Source: an uncultured cyanobacterium (GTDB lineage: Bacteria > Cyanobacteriota > Cyanobacteriia > Cyanobacteriales > CAWCAG01). From it: a DNA stretch of 64,000 nucleotides. Both the position numbers and the translations under genes were made by a program. Location of the stretch: positions 1,120,001 through 1,184,000 of the forward strand of contig CAWCAG010000005.1 in NCBI GenBank assembly GCA_963793425.1. The letters run 5' to 3'. Positions 33,652 to 43,557 of this stretch are shown one piece after another (the stretch's first letter is position 1; each line of letters opens with the position of its first letter). Below the pieces are notes generated by a model. It was not told where the DNA came from. It searched no databases and saw only the letters and a list, made by a program, of their open reading frames with translations.

Positions 33652-35055
33652 ATGCACAAACAATTTTTCGGAAAACTATCTCTATTCGTATTTATTTTCA
33701 CAGCAACTCCAGGTTTGCTTCCTGCTGGCCCCAACTCACCTTTTTGCCCTCCTGCTGCTTGGGCTAGTAATAGGCATTTCGGTCAAGATGGTCGTGATGG
33801 CAGGGATGGCGAGACTGGCAGAAAAGGTCAATATGGAGAAAATCGCGAGATTTTTGTGGATGGTTCCCCTTTGAATCTCGACATCTCCGGTTCGGATGGA
33901 GAGGAAGGATATGATGGTGAAGATGGTGATCGTGCTAATTGTCACAACCAACCTAGAGATGTACGTCATGACTTAGAAGCTGCTGATGGGGGTGATGGTG
34001 GCGATGGGGGTGATGGTGGCGATGGGGGTGATGGCGGTATTCTTACTGTTTATTACAACAATATTGCCGACTTACGCCAAATTAATGTCCGTGCAGAAGG
34101 AGGAAGAGGAGGAGAATCAGGAGATTCTGGTTATGGTACAGCAGGTTGCAGTTGTCGGTGGCGACGTTGGGAGAAACGAACTTGTACTGGCAATCCAGGA
34201 GATCCTAATTATAGTTGCAAAACTGAAGAATTTGACTGTGAAGATGGGGAAAATGGCAGAGATGGTAGACGAGGTAGAAGAGGTAATAAAGGTGAATTGG
34301 GCAGGTTAGCACTAGTTAAAGACAATCAAAGATTAGCAGCAGATCAACCAACAGCTAATGTTTCTCTCTCTTCAGCCGCAGATAGGACTATCTCTTTATC
34401 TAAAAATATTTGGCAAACTCGGCGGGGGGCAAATTCTCTTTTAGCATCTGGTTCTATTATTAGCGATGAATATGATGAGTTTGTTGAACGTGTTGAAGGG
34501 GAGTTTCAGGTAGTTTGGAATGCTTCGCGCCCAATTACAGACTTTTATAATCAAAATCTTAGCTTAACTCTTGAGGGTCGCAACGATGTTAATATTGTTT
34601 CCCCTGAAGATGTTTGGTTAGAAAGTGAAACTTCCCAAAATAATGGCATCACTCAACTTAATATCACCAAAGCTGTTTTACGTCAAGAAGCAACTCAATT
34701 AACTAGGGCTGATTTTGCTGGTAATCGTTCTGGCTTAACTTTTAGCCTTATTGACAAAGCCAGACAGTCTGATGTCCTTGCTACTCAATTCCGCATTAAG
34801 TATCGTACAGGCAAAGACAGAAGTGGACCAAGACCTGATTCTGTGTTTAATTACACCACTAGATATGAAGGGACGATTCCTGGGGAACTAGTTAAACTGG
34901 AGGGACAACGCTTTACCCTAGATTTGGGTAAACTTCCTATTGATAGCGAATATCTTAGACCAGGAGTTAATGTTGATCTTGAAATTACGGCTGTTCGTTC
35001 TTTAGGAGGACGTTCGGCTGAACAAACCATTTCTTGGAAAGGAGAGATTGATTAA
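33652..35055 (+). CDS. Secreted collagen-like (Gly-X-Y) repeat protein
   Basis: GQDGRDGRDG, GGDGGDGG, GENGRDGRRG, Cys-rich knot; DNA repeat at 33985-34038. Confidence 0.8.
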   Translation: MHKQFFGKLSLFVFIFTATPGLLPAGPNSPFCPPAAWASNRHFGQDGRDGRDGETGRKGQYGENREIFVDGSPLNLDISGSDGEEGYDGEDGDRANCHNQPRDVRHDLEAADGGDGGDGGDGGDGGDGGILTVYYNNIADLRQINVRAEGGRGGESGDSGYGTAGCSCRWRRWEKRTCTGNPGDPNYSCKTEEFDCEDGENGRDGRRGRRGNKGELGRLALVKDNQRLAADQPTANVSLSSAADRTISLSKNIWQTRRGANSLLASGSIISDEYDEFVERVEGEFQVVWNASRPITDFYNQNLSLTLEGRNDVNIVSPEDVWLESETSQNNGITQLNITKAVLRQEATQLTRADFAGNRSGLTFSLIDKARQSDVLATQFRIKYRTGKDRSGPRPDSVFNYTTRYEGTIPGELVKLEGQRFTLDLGKLPIDSEYLRPGVNVDLEITAVRSLGGRSAEQTISWKGEID

Positions 35056-35099
35056 GGCCGCATCCTCTAGCAATATATACAAGTTTTCGGAGAAAATTA

Positions 35100-36083
35100 A
35101 TGAAGAAAGTCTTTTTAGTCGGTTCCCTAATGCTTCTTTTGGTAGGATGTGGTAACAAGGATTCTGCTTCTAATAAGTCTGTTAGCAGTGTTGGTACTCA
35201 GAAGTCTGAAGCGGCGGTTGAGTCTCAAGATTCTCAAGCAGTTGTGAACACAAAAGTAGAATTAATTAACCCAGGTGCTGAACCCAGACAAGAGTTACGT
35301 TTTGCCCCCAAGGTAAATCAGGAACAAACTGTCCAGATGAATATGCAAATGGAGATGAGTATGTCTTTAGCGGGGCAAACCCAACCTGCTTTTAAGAGTC
35401 CGCAGATGCAGATGACGGTGGAAGCGAAGGTAACAGATGTAGATGAAAATGGCGATATCCATGTTGATTTTTCCTATACCGATGCTGATGTTGTTGCTGA
35501 CAGCAATACTTCCCCTGAGATGGCTGAGGCGATGCGTAACCAAATTAAACAAATCGTCGGCTTCAAAGGTTCTATGGTTGTAGATTCTATGGGTAACACC
35601 AAAGATGTGAATTTTGACTTACCTGAAAGCGTTGACCCCAACAGCAAGCAGATGTTGGAACAGATGTTAAACTCCTTAAAACAATTATCGTCCCCTGTTC
35701 CGGCTCAAGCTGTGGGAGAAGGGGCAAAGTGGCAGGTTGATAATACTTTAACGGCTAATGGCATTACTTTAGACCAAGTTTCTACCTACGAAGTAGAAAG
35801 CTTACAAGGAGATACTGTTACCCTAAAAACCACTGTACAACAACAAGCAGACCCCCAAAAAGTTAGTCCTCCTGGTTTGCCTCCCAATGCTTCTATTAAC
35901 TTGCAATCTCTAAATTCCCAAGGCGAAGGTACATTCACCATTAAGTTAGACCAAATCTTGCCTACCAGCGCAACTATGGCCATAACTTCCGATACACAAA
36001 TGGCGGTTAAACAACCCGATAGTCAAGAGGAAATTCCTATGGGGATGAATATGGTGATGAATATGAGTTTGCAAGGGCAGTAA
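35100..36083 (+). CDS. Lipoprotein, DUF6263-like
   Basis: Lipobox LVGC; ELINPGAEPRQELRF, P.QAVGEGAKW. Confidence 0.7.
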   Translation: MKKVFLVGSLMLLLVGCGNKDSASNKSVSSVGTQKSEAAVESQDSQAVVNTKVELINPGAEPRQELRFAPKVNQEQTVQMNMQMEMSMSLAGQTQPAFKSPQMQMTVEAKVTDVDENGDIHVDFSYTDADVVADSNTSPEMAEAMRNQIKQIVGFKGSMVVDSMGNTKDVNFDLPESVDPNSKQMLEQMLNSLKQLSSPVPAQAVGEGAKWQVDNTLTANGITLDQVSTYEVESLQGDTVTLKTTVQQQADPQKVSPPGLPPNASINLQSLNSQGEGTFTIKLDQILPTSATMAITSDTQMAVKQPDSQEEIPMGMNMVMNMSLQGQ

Positions 36084-36110
36084 AGTATTCTGTTTTATGA
36101 AGAGGTTTGT

Positions 36111-36695
36111 ATGGTTAAACAGTTTGTTGCAATCCAAAAACATAATTACACTCCAGAAGAATATCTAGAGTTAGAAGCTAAAGCTGAATATAAAAGTGAA
36201 TATTTAGATGGGAAAATTATTCCTATGACAGGAGGCACTACCAATCATAATAAAATCGCTGGTAACTTTTATCGTCAGTTTCCTTTAACTATTGCTGGCC
36301 AAGATTATGATATTTATATAGGCGATGTGCGCCTATGGATTCCTGAATATCGCCATTATACTTATCCAGATATCATGATAGTTGAAGGAGAGACTGTTTA
36401 TGAAGGGAAAGGTACAACTACAATTACTAATCCCTTAATTGTTATGGAGGTTTTATCAAAATCTACCCAACAAACTGATAAAACTTCTAAATTTCGTTAC
36501 TATCGTTCTCTTCCTAGCTTCCAAGAATATATTTTAGTCAATCAATACAGTTATTATGCAGAGCAATATGTAAAACAAAAAAACGAACAATGGCTACTGC
36601 GTGACTATCAAGGAGAAGAGTCGATTTTAGCTTTGGCTAATCTAGAATTTGAAATTTCTTTTCTAGAGTTATACAAAAGGGTTAGTTTTACTTAA
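36111..36695 (+). CDS. Uma2 (DUF820) family endonuclease
   Basis: YTPEEYLELE..SEYLDG.I..M.GG..NHN, YPDI, EVLS.ST..D...KF..Y. Confidence 0.92.
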   Translation: MVKQFVAIQKHNYTPEEYLELEAKAEYKSEYLDGKIIPMTGGTTNHNKIAGNFYRQFPLTIAGQDYDIYIGDVRLWIPEYRHYTYPDIMIVEGETVYEGKGTTTITNPLIVMEVLSKSTQQTDKTSKFRYYRSLPSFQEYILVNQYSYYAEQYVKQKNEQWLLRDYQGEESILALANLEFEISFLELYKRVSFT

Positions 36696-37336
36696 AAAGA
36701 TTGATGTTTTAGGAAAGGGCGAGTACATTGAGTCTTCTTTGAGTCCTACTTTTCCTTGTTTTCTTATTGTTGAAGGGATTGAGCAGTTTGTGCAATGAGT
36801 TTAAATGCGGCTTTCAGGGAACTCCAGAAAAGAAAGCACCGATGAGAGGCAATTGAGCAAATAGTATAAGCAATAATATGTCTAAATTAATTTTTAGATT
36901 AAATCTTTTGAATTTACATAACTTCAACTTAAAATTTGTCAAGGCCAGAAAGTTGCTGCAAAAGACGCATTTGTGTGGTTTAATGGAATAATTAAAAAAT
37001 CATACTGCTCCTCTTGTATGCAAAATTTATATCTAATCCTTACAAGCAAGCTAAACCGTTGATTAAGCTACCATTTTCCTCAAAATTGTAGTGATTAGAA
37101 CTACTTTGTTAATCAAATATTGAGGGCGATTACAAAAGTTTTTTTGACAAATATGACTCTTTGGCTTAAAGTGTGTAATTTCAAATTGTGACCTTTGTCT
37201 CTAAACATTCAACGGAACACAAAAAAGCGATTAAGCATTGGTGACAAGTCAAGCAAAAGCACAAGTAGAATCATCTCCCTAGCTCCCCACCTCCCCCTGT
37301 ACTATAATCTCTTCAGACATCTATTTTTCCGAAATA

Positions 37337-38740
37337 ATGACCGAGCAACCCCGTAACCGTCAGGAACTCTATGATCTTGTTCGCGCAAGAGGGAAACAAG
37401 AATTTATTTTAGAAGAAATGACTCGCTTGGGTTTTTGGCCAGAGGAAGGAGAAATTCCCCAAGATCCGGCTGATGAAATCCGTCGCACAGGAGAGATTCG
37501 CAGAGAGTTAGAGCTGTTACGGCAAGAAAGTTCCCGACTTCACAACGAAAAAGCCCTTCGTAAAGAAGCTTTGAAGCAGAGGTTAGCAGAATCTCGGCGC
37601 AAACAGGCGGAAACCAAAGCAAGGCGGGAAAGAGAGCGACAGGAACGCGCAGAAGCTTGGCAGCAACGACAAGAGCAAGATATTGTTTATTTAGGGGAAG
37701 GAGTTTCAGGGGGACTTAATCATACCAACTGCGACGAAGAAAGGTTGCAATCGCGAGATTTACCACTCCTGGGAACAGCCCAGGAAATTGCCCAAGCAAT
37801 GGAAATTAGCATCGGGCAGTTGCGTTTCCTCGCTTTTAACCGCAAAACAGCTACTATCTCCCATTACATACGCTTCAAAATTCCGAAAAAGACGGGGGGA
37901 GAGCGACTAATATCGGCTCCTTTGCCGAAGTTAAAACAAGCCCAACACTGGCTTTTAAGCAATATTTTAGCAAAAATAGCCATTAATGATGCCGCTCATG
38001 GTTTTCGCCGCGATCGCTCTATAGTAACCAATGCTCAACCCCATGTTGGTGCTGATATTGTGATTAATTTTGACCTTAAGGATTTTTTCCCTTCTATCTC
38101 CTACAAAAGGGTTAAAGGATTGTTTCGCTCCTTCGGTTACTCAGAAGCTGCCGCCACTATTTTCGCTTTGTTATCTACCGAAGCAGCATTAGAAACAGTA
38201 CAACTAGATAATCAAACCTATTATGTCGCTTTAGGAGAGCGTCATTTACCCCAAGGCTCCCCGGCTTCCCCCGCTATTTCTAACCTTCTCTGTCGCCGTT
38301 TAGATAAACGCTTAACCACTGCAGCCGCAGAATTAGGCTTTACCTATACCCGCTATGCCGATGATCTCACCTTTTCAGCTTCTGGCGATCATCTCCGCTA
38401 TGTTTGTAATCTCCTTCGCCGTACTGAATCAATTGTTAGTCATGAAGGTTTTACCATTAACCCAGAAAAAACCAGGATCTTACGTCGCAAATCTAGCCAA
38501 TTAGAAGTAACTGGAGTTGTGGTTAACGAATTTCTTAACTTAGACCGTAAAACTCTCAAGCGCTTCCGTGCGACTTTGTACCAAATTGAAAAAGATGGCT
38601 TAACGGGAAAAACCTGGGGAAATTCCAACGATCTCCTGGCAGCAATCCAAGGTTTCAGTAATTTTGTGGACATGGTTAATTCAGTTAAAGGAAGCCAGTT
38701 TCAAGCACAAGTTAAGCGTATTAAGGAAAAGTGGTGTTGA
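37337..38740 (+). CDS. Retron-type reverse transcriptase (Mx162-like, long charged N-terminal extension)
   Basis: IPKKTGGER, AHGF, NAQPH (NAxxH), DLKDFFPSI, LPQGSPASP, YTRYADDLTFS, VTGVVVN. Confidence 0.9.
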   Translation: MTEQPRNRQELYDLVRARGKQEFILEEMTRLGFWPEEGEIPQDPADEIRRTGEIRRELELLRQESSRLHNEKALRKEALKQRLAESRRKQAETKARRERERQERAEAWQQRQEQDIVYLGEGVSGGLNHTNCDEERLQSRDLPLLGTAQEIAQAMEISIGQLRFLAFNRKTATISHYIRFKIPKKTGGERLISAPLPKLKQAQHWLLSNILAKIAINDAAHGFRRDRSIVTNAQPHVGADIVINFDLKDFFPSISYKRVKGLFRSFGYSEAAATIFALLSTEAALETVQLDNQTYYVALGERHLPQGSPASPAISNLLCRRLDKRLTTAAAELGFTYTRYADDLTFSASGDHLRYVCNLLRRTESIVSHEGFTINPEKTRILRRKSSQLEVTGVVVNEFLNLDRKTLKRFRATLYQIEKDGLTGKTWGNSNDLLAAIQGFSNFVDMVNSVKGSQFQAQVKRIKEKWC

Positions 38741-38839
38741 AAATCCGTTTAACTTTTGCTCAGACTAAAAAAGACTGCTGCTATCACAATTAAACATAAA
38801 AGAGCCAAGGGAACCAAAAGATTTAAAGGTTCGATCATC

Positions 38840-39589
38840 TCAAAAGGGAAAGGCAAATTTTTGGGAAGAAGCTTGTGTAGAATTAACTTGAGCAACAGCT
38901 TCTGCTAGAGGAACCAACCGTACTTCTTGCTGTTCTACCCTTACTTGATAAGCTAAACTATGGGTAAAGTCCAAAGCAGTCAGCCAGCCACTTTTACGGT
39001 GATAAGCTCCGGTATCAATATCTAACCAGCCCGGCCCTGAAGCGATTTTTCCTGGAGGTACTCCTGGTAGGGTAAAGGTAATGGTATGTCCTGTAATAAT
39101 TAATTTATCAGGAAAATAAGGTTTAGTGGTGCGGTGAAACTCTTCCCTAATCCAACAAAACTGTTCAGAAGTTTGTTGATCTAAAGGTAAATTAGGATTA
39201 ACTCCTGCATGAACCAGCCAAATATTCCCTAAATCGAGATAATTGGGTAAAGTGCGTAGCCATTCAATATGCTCTTTAGGAATACCTTCTTCCCCATAAC
39301 TAGCTATGGTGGCATAACCACCACTATACAGCCAAGCTTGTAGCGCTGCTTCAGAAGTAAATTCTTGATCCAAAACAGCAAGTAACATATCTTCGTGGTT
39401 GCCTAAAATACAAGAATAGTTATTCTGCATTACTAACTCAATTACTTGAGAACTTTTTGGTCCTCTATCAATAAGATCCCCAAGGAAATATACTCGATCT
39501 TGCTGTCCAGGAGCAACCGCTTCCAATAATATTTTCAAAGCATCGTAGTGACCATGAACATCACCAATCAAAATCTGGCGCTTTGTCAT
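38840..39589 (-). CDS. Ser/Thr protein phosphatase-type metallophosphoesterase
   Basis: GDVHG, GDLIDRGP, GNHE, VHAG, GHT, DTG. Confidence 0.93.
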   Translation of the reverse strand: MTKRQILIGDVHGHYDALKILLEAVAPGQQDRVYFLGDLIDRGPKSSQVIELVMQNNYSCILGNHEDMLLAVLDQEFTSEAALQAWLYSGGYATIASYGEEGIPKEHIEWLRTLPNYLDLGNIWLVHAGVNPNLPLDQQTSEQFCWIREEFHRTTKPYFPDKLIITGHTITFTLPGVPPGKIASGPGWLDIDTGAYHRKSGWLTALDFTHSLAYQVRVEQQEVRLVPLAEAVAQVNSTQASSQKFAFPF

Positions 39590-40034
39590 TGCTGCTGTTT
39601 ACACTCTCAAACTGAACTTAAGTGCTAGTACTGGGAAGCTCCCTGCTTTTTGCTTAACTAGCCTAGAGATGACTAACTATCAATGGATACAAACCCAAAG
39701 TAACCAAAATTTTGGTTTCTCTTAGATCGCCCCTCAAGTGAGGTTGTGTTGTCCAAAAGTTAGTACTACTTCCCTTATTTTGCCCTTAGCCTCAATATTA
39801 GTTCCTATTGGGATAAATAGAATCTGCAAAAAGTAAAATTAGCAATAAGTTTTAGGGATAAGCTGTCACACAGAAAAAAATGCTTGTTTGATGTTGAGGT
39901 GATGGTGATACCAAATCCTAGTGAGCGGCATGACTTATCTGTGAGGGTACCGAAGCGTTGCCGTTAGGTTACAGGGAATAGGGAGCAGGGAGTAGGGTTT
40001 GAGAAATTTTCCAGTAGATTTTATATTAGCTAAT

Positions 40035-40214
40035 TTAGTTTGCTACTTTTACTAAGCCGCGTTCTACACCATAAAACAACCTTTTAATTAAGGTGCGCTC
40101 AGTTTCTTCAATACCGTCTTCTTGTAAAAGAGATGTGATTAATTTTTGCTCAACAAGAGAAATAATGCGGGCAGACATGATTTGGCAGAACAGCTCTTGG
40201 ATATCGGTCTTCAT
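40035..40214 (-). CDS. Small (59 aa) cyanobacterial hypothetical protein, missed by the ORF track
   Basis: MKTDIQELFCQIMSARIISLVEQKLITSLLQEDGIEETERTLIKRLFYGVERGLVKVAN; EEE..I.RL.Y.V.RG-type C-terminus. Confidence 0.6.
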   Translation of the reverse strand: MKTDIQELFCQIMSARIISLVEQKLITSLLQEDGIEETERTLIKRLFYGVERGLVKVAN

Positions 40215-40425
40215 GGCTTCTCAAAAATTGCGTGTTGACTGAAAACTTTGTTTCCCTTATGTATATAAGTATCGACTTTGTGAGCTACTATTTCCGTGAC
40301 TCAGTAATTATATTGAAGTGATAAAAGTTTGTTTTTGTAGTGACCGCGATCGCACCCTAATTTTCTCTTTTTAAAAGTAATCTTTTCTTAGCAACTAAAT
40401 AAAAATATCTGTTTTATTCACTGTT

Positions 40426-41145
40426 TTAAAAGGTTCGCAAAACTACTCCATCTAAGTTCGCTCCCAATAAATTAGCTCCATCTAAATTAGCTCCACTTAG
40501 GTCTACACCTGTTAAATCTGTTTGACTTAAATTTGCTTCCTCTAAATTAGCGCCGCTTAAATCTGCCTTACGGAAGTTGGCTCTTCCTAAGTTAGCTCCG
40601 GTAAGATTAGTATCAACCAAATCTGCTCCTAAAAAGTTTGCCCTATCTAAATTAGCTCCGGTTAAGTCTGCTTGGCTCAGATCCGCTCCGGTTAAGTCTG
40701 CTTGACTGAAATTACTTCGCAAACCGATGGCTTGAGCAAGATTAGCTCCCACAAGGTTAGCTTGGCTAAGATCAGCCCCAGTGAGGTTAGCTCTAACTAA
40801 GTTAGCTTTGGTAAGATTAGCTTTGGTAAGATTAGCTCGCATTAAGTAAATTTTTTTCAGACAAACTCGACTGAGATTCGCTTCTTCTAAGTCTGCTTGA
40901 ATACAAATTGCTTCTGTTAAGTTGGCTCTAGTTAAATCTGCTTTAACTAAATTAGCCTCGGTAAAATTTACTCTAGTAAGGTTAGCTTCGAGGAGTTCGG
41001 CTAAAGAGAAGTTTACTTTAGTTAAATCCCTCTCGGCTAAAACAACTCCAATTAAGTCAGGTACTAACTGGAGATTTTCAATTCTCCAGTTATTCCAGGT
41101 GATGATGCCTTGATCTAACAGAGCAATATGGTTGGGATCAGCCAT
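40426..41145 (-). CDS. Pentapeptide repeat protein
   Basis: A(N/D)LxX repeats throughout; WNNWR N-cap. Confidence 0.95.
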   Translation of the reverse strand: MADPNHIALLDQGIITWNNWRIENLQLVPDLIGVVLAERDLTKVNFSLAELLEANLTRVNFTEANLVKADLTRANLTEAICIQADLEEANLSRVCLKKIYLMRANLTKANLTKANLVRANLTGADLSQANLVGANLAQAIGLRSNFSQADLTGADLSQADLTGANLDRANFLGADLVDTNLTGANLGRANFRKADLSGANLEEANLSQTDLTGVDLSGANLDGANLLGANLDGVVLRTF

Positions 41146-41517
41146 GTAAAAGTAGGGTTTCGGATGAAAATTAACTTTTGTTAAGTTTAATTGTAAAGGA
41201 ATTTCAAGAAAATTAACAATTAGTTAATGTTTCATTAGTTTGCGTTATTATATCTAACTAGTTTGATAATTTGGATAGCTAGTGATTACTCCTAGTAGTC
41301 CTATCCCGAAAGGCTCATGTTCAGCTACTATTCTGGCAAGAATTCAGCAAGGTGGTTTGGTTTCTAGGCGTTTGAGCAATGATCACAAAGATGCACTCAG
41401 AGCTTTTTTAGAATTATCTTAGAAGCATTTGAGTGTTTTCATTTGGATAAGTTAGGCTTTAGCAAGAAAAATAGCTAATCTAAATTTATATCTTTTGGGA
41501 TAAAATAAATTACCTCC

Positions 41518-42018
41518 TCAACTTTGCCAAGCTCTTTGTAACATTTGCCAAAGAGTTTGTACAGATTGCTTAAGTTGACGCTTGCGTTCCCACTTCAAAA
41601 AATCTTGTTCATAAGCTTCTCCTTTGCTTTGATAAGTTCTCCAAGCACTCAGAGAGAGAAACATACCAGAAATCAAAAGAGTATATACTGACCAAGAAAG
41701 ATGACTAGAACTGATTGAGTTGAGACTTACTAAAAAGACATTGATAATTGCATACTTGGCAACTTTCTGTTGTAGCTTTTCTTTTCGGTATAAATTAAAA
41801 GTTTGCCGTCTTTGGTCTATAAGTTGCTGAGATAGCCAATCTTGTTCCGCTTTCTGCATACATTCAAGGGGAATTTCTAATTCTGTGGCAATCTCCCAAA
41901 GTTCTTCTCTAGAAAACTCTTCTCGATCAGCTTGGCGAGTGATTGCCAGTTGCAGAATTTGTTGCAGTTGTTCTTGATTATAGGATGAGGGGGTTGAAAG
42001 TTCTGAAGCTGACATCAT
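41518..42018 (-). CDS. 2TM domain-containing protein
   Basis: QQILQLAI..Q..EFSREELWEIA.EL.I; two TM segments; YEQDF.KW. Confidence 0.8.
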   Translation of the reverse strand: MMSASELSTPSSYNQEQLQQILQLAITRQADREEFSREELWEIATELEIPLECMQKAEQDWLSQQLIDQRRQTFNLYRKEKLQQKVAKYAIINVFLVSLNSISSSHLSWSVYTLLISGMFLSLSAWRTYQSKGEAYEQDFLKWERKRQLKQSVQTLWQMLQRAWQS

Positions 42019-42273
42019 GCGATTACTGGGTTTGGGTTACAGGTAAGCGTCGCTGGGGTGAAGCAGCATTTACAAAGAAAATGGTCTAGGAATCCTAGTT
42101 ATATTATGCCTAACTTATTGAGGTAATGGCAGATCCTGAATTTGTCTTCATAACCGAACTTTAAAGGACGGCATTTACGGCAATCTGTTTGCGGTGGTTA
42201 TTTTTACACTTCGTTACAATGTTTTTATGGAGAAATAAAGTTTTTCCTAACTTAAGAAAAAAGGTCATTATTT

Positions 42274-43395
42274 ATGAACAATAATATTCGTGTTGGTAAT
42301 TTATTTGGTATTCCTTTCTTTATTAATCCCTCCTGGTTTTTAGTACTAGGATTAGTTACTTTATCTTTCGGGGGGCAGCTAGCTGGGTTTCCTCAGTTAT
42401 CAGGATTAGTACCTTGGATTTTAGGATTAATCACAGCTTTGTTATTGTTTGCTTCAGTATTGGCCCATGAATTGGGACATAGTGCTGCAGCTATTCAACA
42501 AGGAATTAGCGTCAAATCCATAACTCTTTTTATCTTTGGTGGTTTAGCTTCTTTAGAAAGGGAATCAAAAACTCCTGGAGAAGCCTTTCTCGTTGCGATC
42601 GCAGGGCCGTTAGTTAGTTTACTATTATTTGGCTTATTTACTATCTTGGCCCTCACCACAGGCGTTTCTGGACCTTTAGCAGTAATCATTAATCTGCTAG
42701 CTTCTATTAATTTAGTTTTAGCTTTATTTAACTTGCTGCCAGGTTTACCTTTAGACGGTGGTAATATTCTCAAAGCTTTGGTTTGGAAGGTTACCGGAAA
42801 TCCCTATAAAGGTGTAGTTTTTGCTAGTAGAGTTGGTCAGTTTTTTGGTTGGCTAGCAGTAATGGTCGGCGGCTTAGCTATCTTAGGAATTAGCCCTGTG
42901 GGTAGTTTCTGGACTCTATTAATTGGTTTCTTTTTACTACAAAATGCAGGATTTTCTGCCCAGTCAGCTAACCTTCAGGATAAACTCAACAATTTAACTG
43001 CCGCAGATGCAGTAATTCCTAACAGTCCAGTTATTTCTGCTGATTTGAATTTACGGGAATTTGCTAATAACTATGTAATTGGTAATGGTAAATGGCGTAA
43101 GTTTTTAGTAACGAATGAAGCCGAACAACTAATTGGTACTGTTGTTGTTGATGATATGAAATTAGTTTCTACCTCTTTATGGCCAGAAACTTCTATCCAA
43201 GAAGTGATGAAATCAACGGCTGAAACAATTACGGTGAATGCCCGCCAATCTCTTTTAGAAGTTGTACAATTACTTGAACAAAAAGAAGTTCAACAGCTAC
43301 CAGTTATTAGTGAAAATGGTACTGTGGTAGGGTTATTAGAAAAAGCATCAATTATGAGCTTATTACAAAAGCAGGGACAAACTAATCCTGCTTAA
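42274..43395 (+). CDS. Site-2 protease (M50) with CBS domains
   Basis: HELGH, AGP.VS, FNLLPGLPLDGG; C-terminal CBS pair. Confidence 0.93.
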   Translation: MNNNIRVGNLFGIPFFINPSWFLVLGLVTLSFGGQLAGFPQLSGLVPWILGLITALLLFASVLAHELGHSAAAIQQGISVKSITLFIFGGLASLERESKTPGEAFLVAIAGPLVSLLLFGLFTILALTTGVSGPLAVIINLLASINLVLALFNLLPGLPLDGGNILKALVWKVTGNPYKGVVFASRVGQFFGWLAVMVGGLAILGISPVGSFWTLLIGFFLLQNAGFSAQSANLQDKLNNLTAADAVIPNSPVISADLNLREFANNYVIGNGKWRKFLVTNEAEQLIGTVVVDDMKLVSTSLWPETSIQEVMKSTAETITVNARQSLLEVVQLLEQKEVQQLPVISENGTVVGLLEKASIMSLLQKQGQTNPA

Positions 43396-43422
43396 AGCTT
43401 AATACCAAGTAAAATAATTGAT

Positions 43423-43471
43423 GTAGAGACGTTAAACTTAACGTCTCTATTTCTTTAGAGACGTTAAGTTT
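43423..43471. repeat. GTAGAGACG-type REP-like palindrome with three arms
   Basis: TAGAGACGTTAA/TTAACGTCTCTA and an alternative 16-bp pairing AAACTTAACGTCTCTA/TAGAGACGTTAAGTTT. Confidence 0.7.
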
Positions 43472-43557
43472 TACTATACAAATATACATAGGAACTGATA
43501 TATTCATCTGCCCAAGTAAAAAAGAAAACCTTGAATATTTTGCGAACTTAATTTTTA

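Noticed and set aside
36111..36695. Uma2 endonuclease as the retron effector
   Set aside because: Uma2/DUF820 genes are highly multicopy in cyanobacteria. This one is 27 nt behind the lipoprotein gene and 641 nt from the RT, so adjacency alone is weak evidence.
37000..38900. Group II intron or DGR interpretation of the RT
   Set aside because: No domain V/VI-like structure after the stop, no interrupted host gene, no TR/VR repeat pair seen; the motifs are retron-type.
38840..39589. Metallophosphoesterase as an RT partner
   Set aside because: It is convergently oriented and looks like the common cyanobacterial Ser/Thr phosphatase.
41282..41422. 46-codon GTG ORF or riboswitch-like sequence upstream of the pentapeptide gene
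   Set aside because: No RBS or family motif, and it does not match the c-di-GMP or c-di-AMP riboswitch consensus as I know them.
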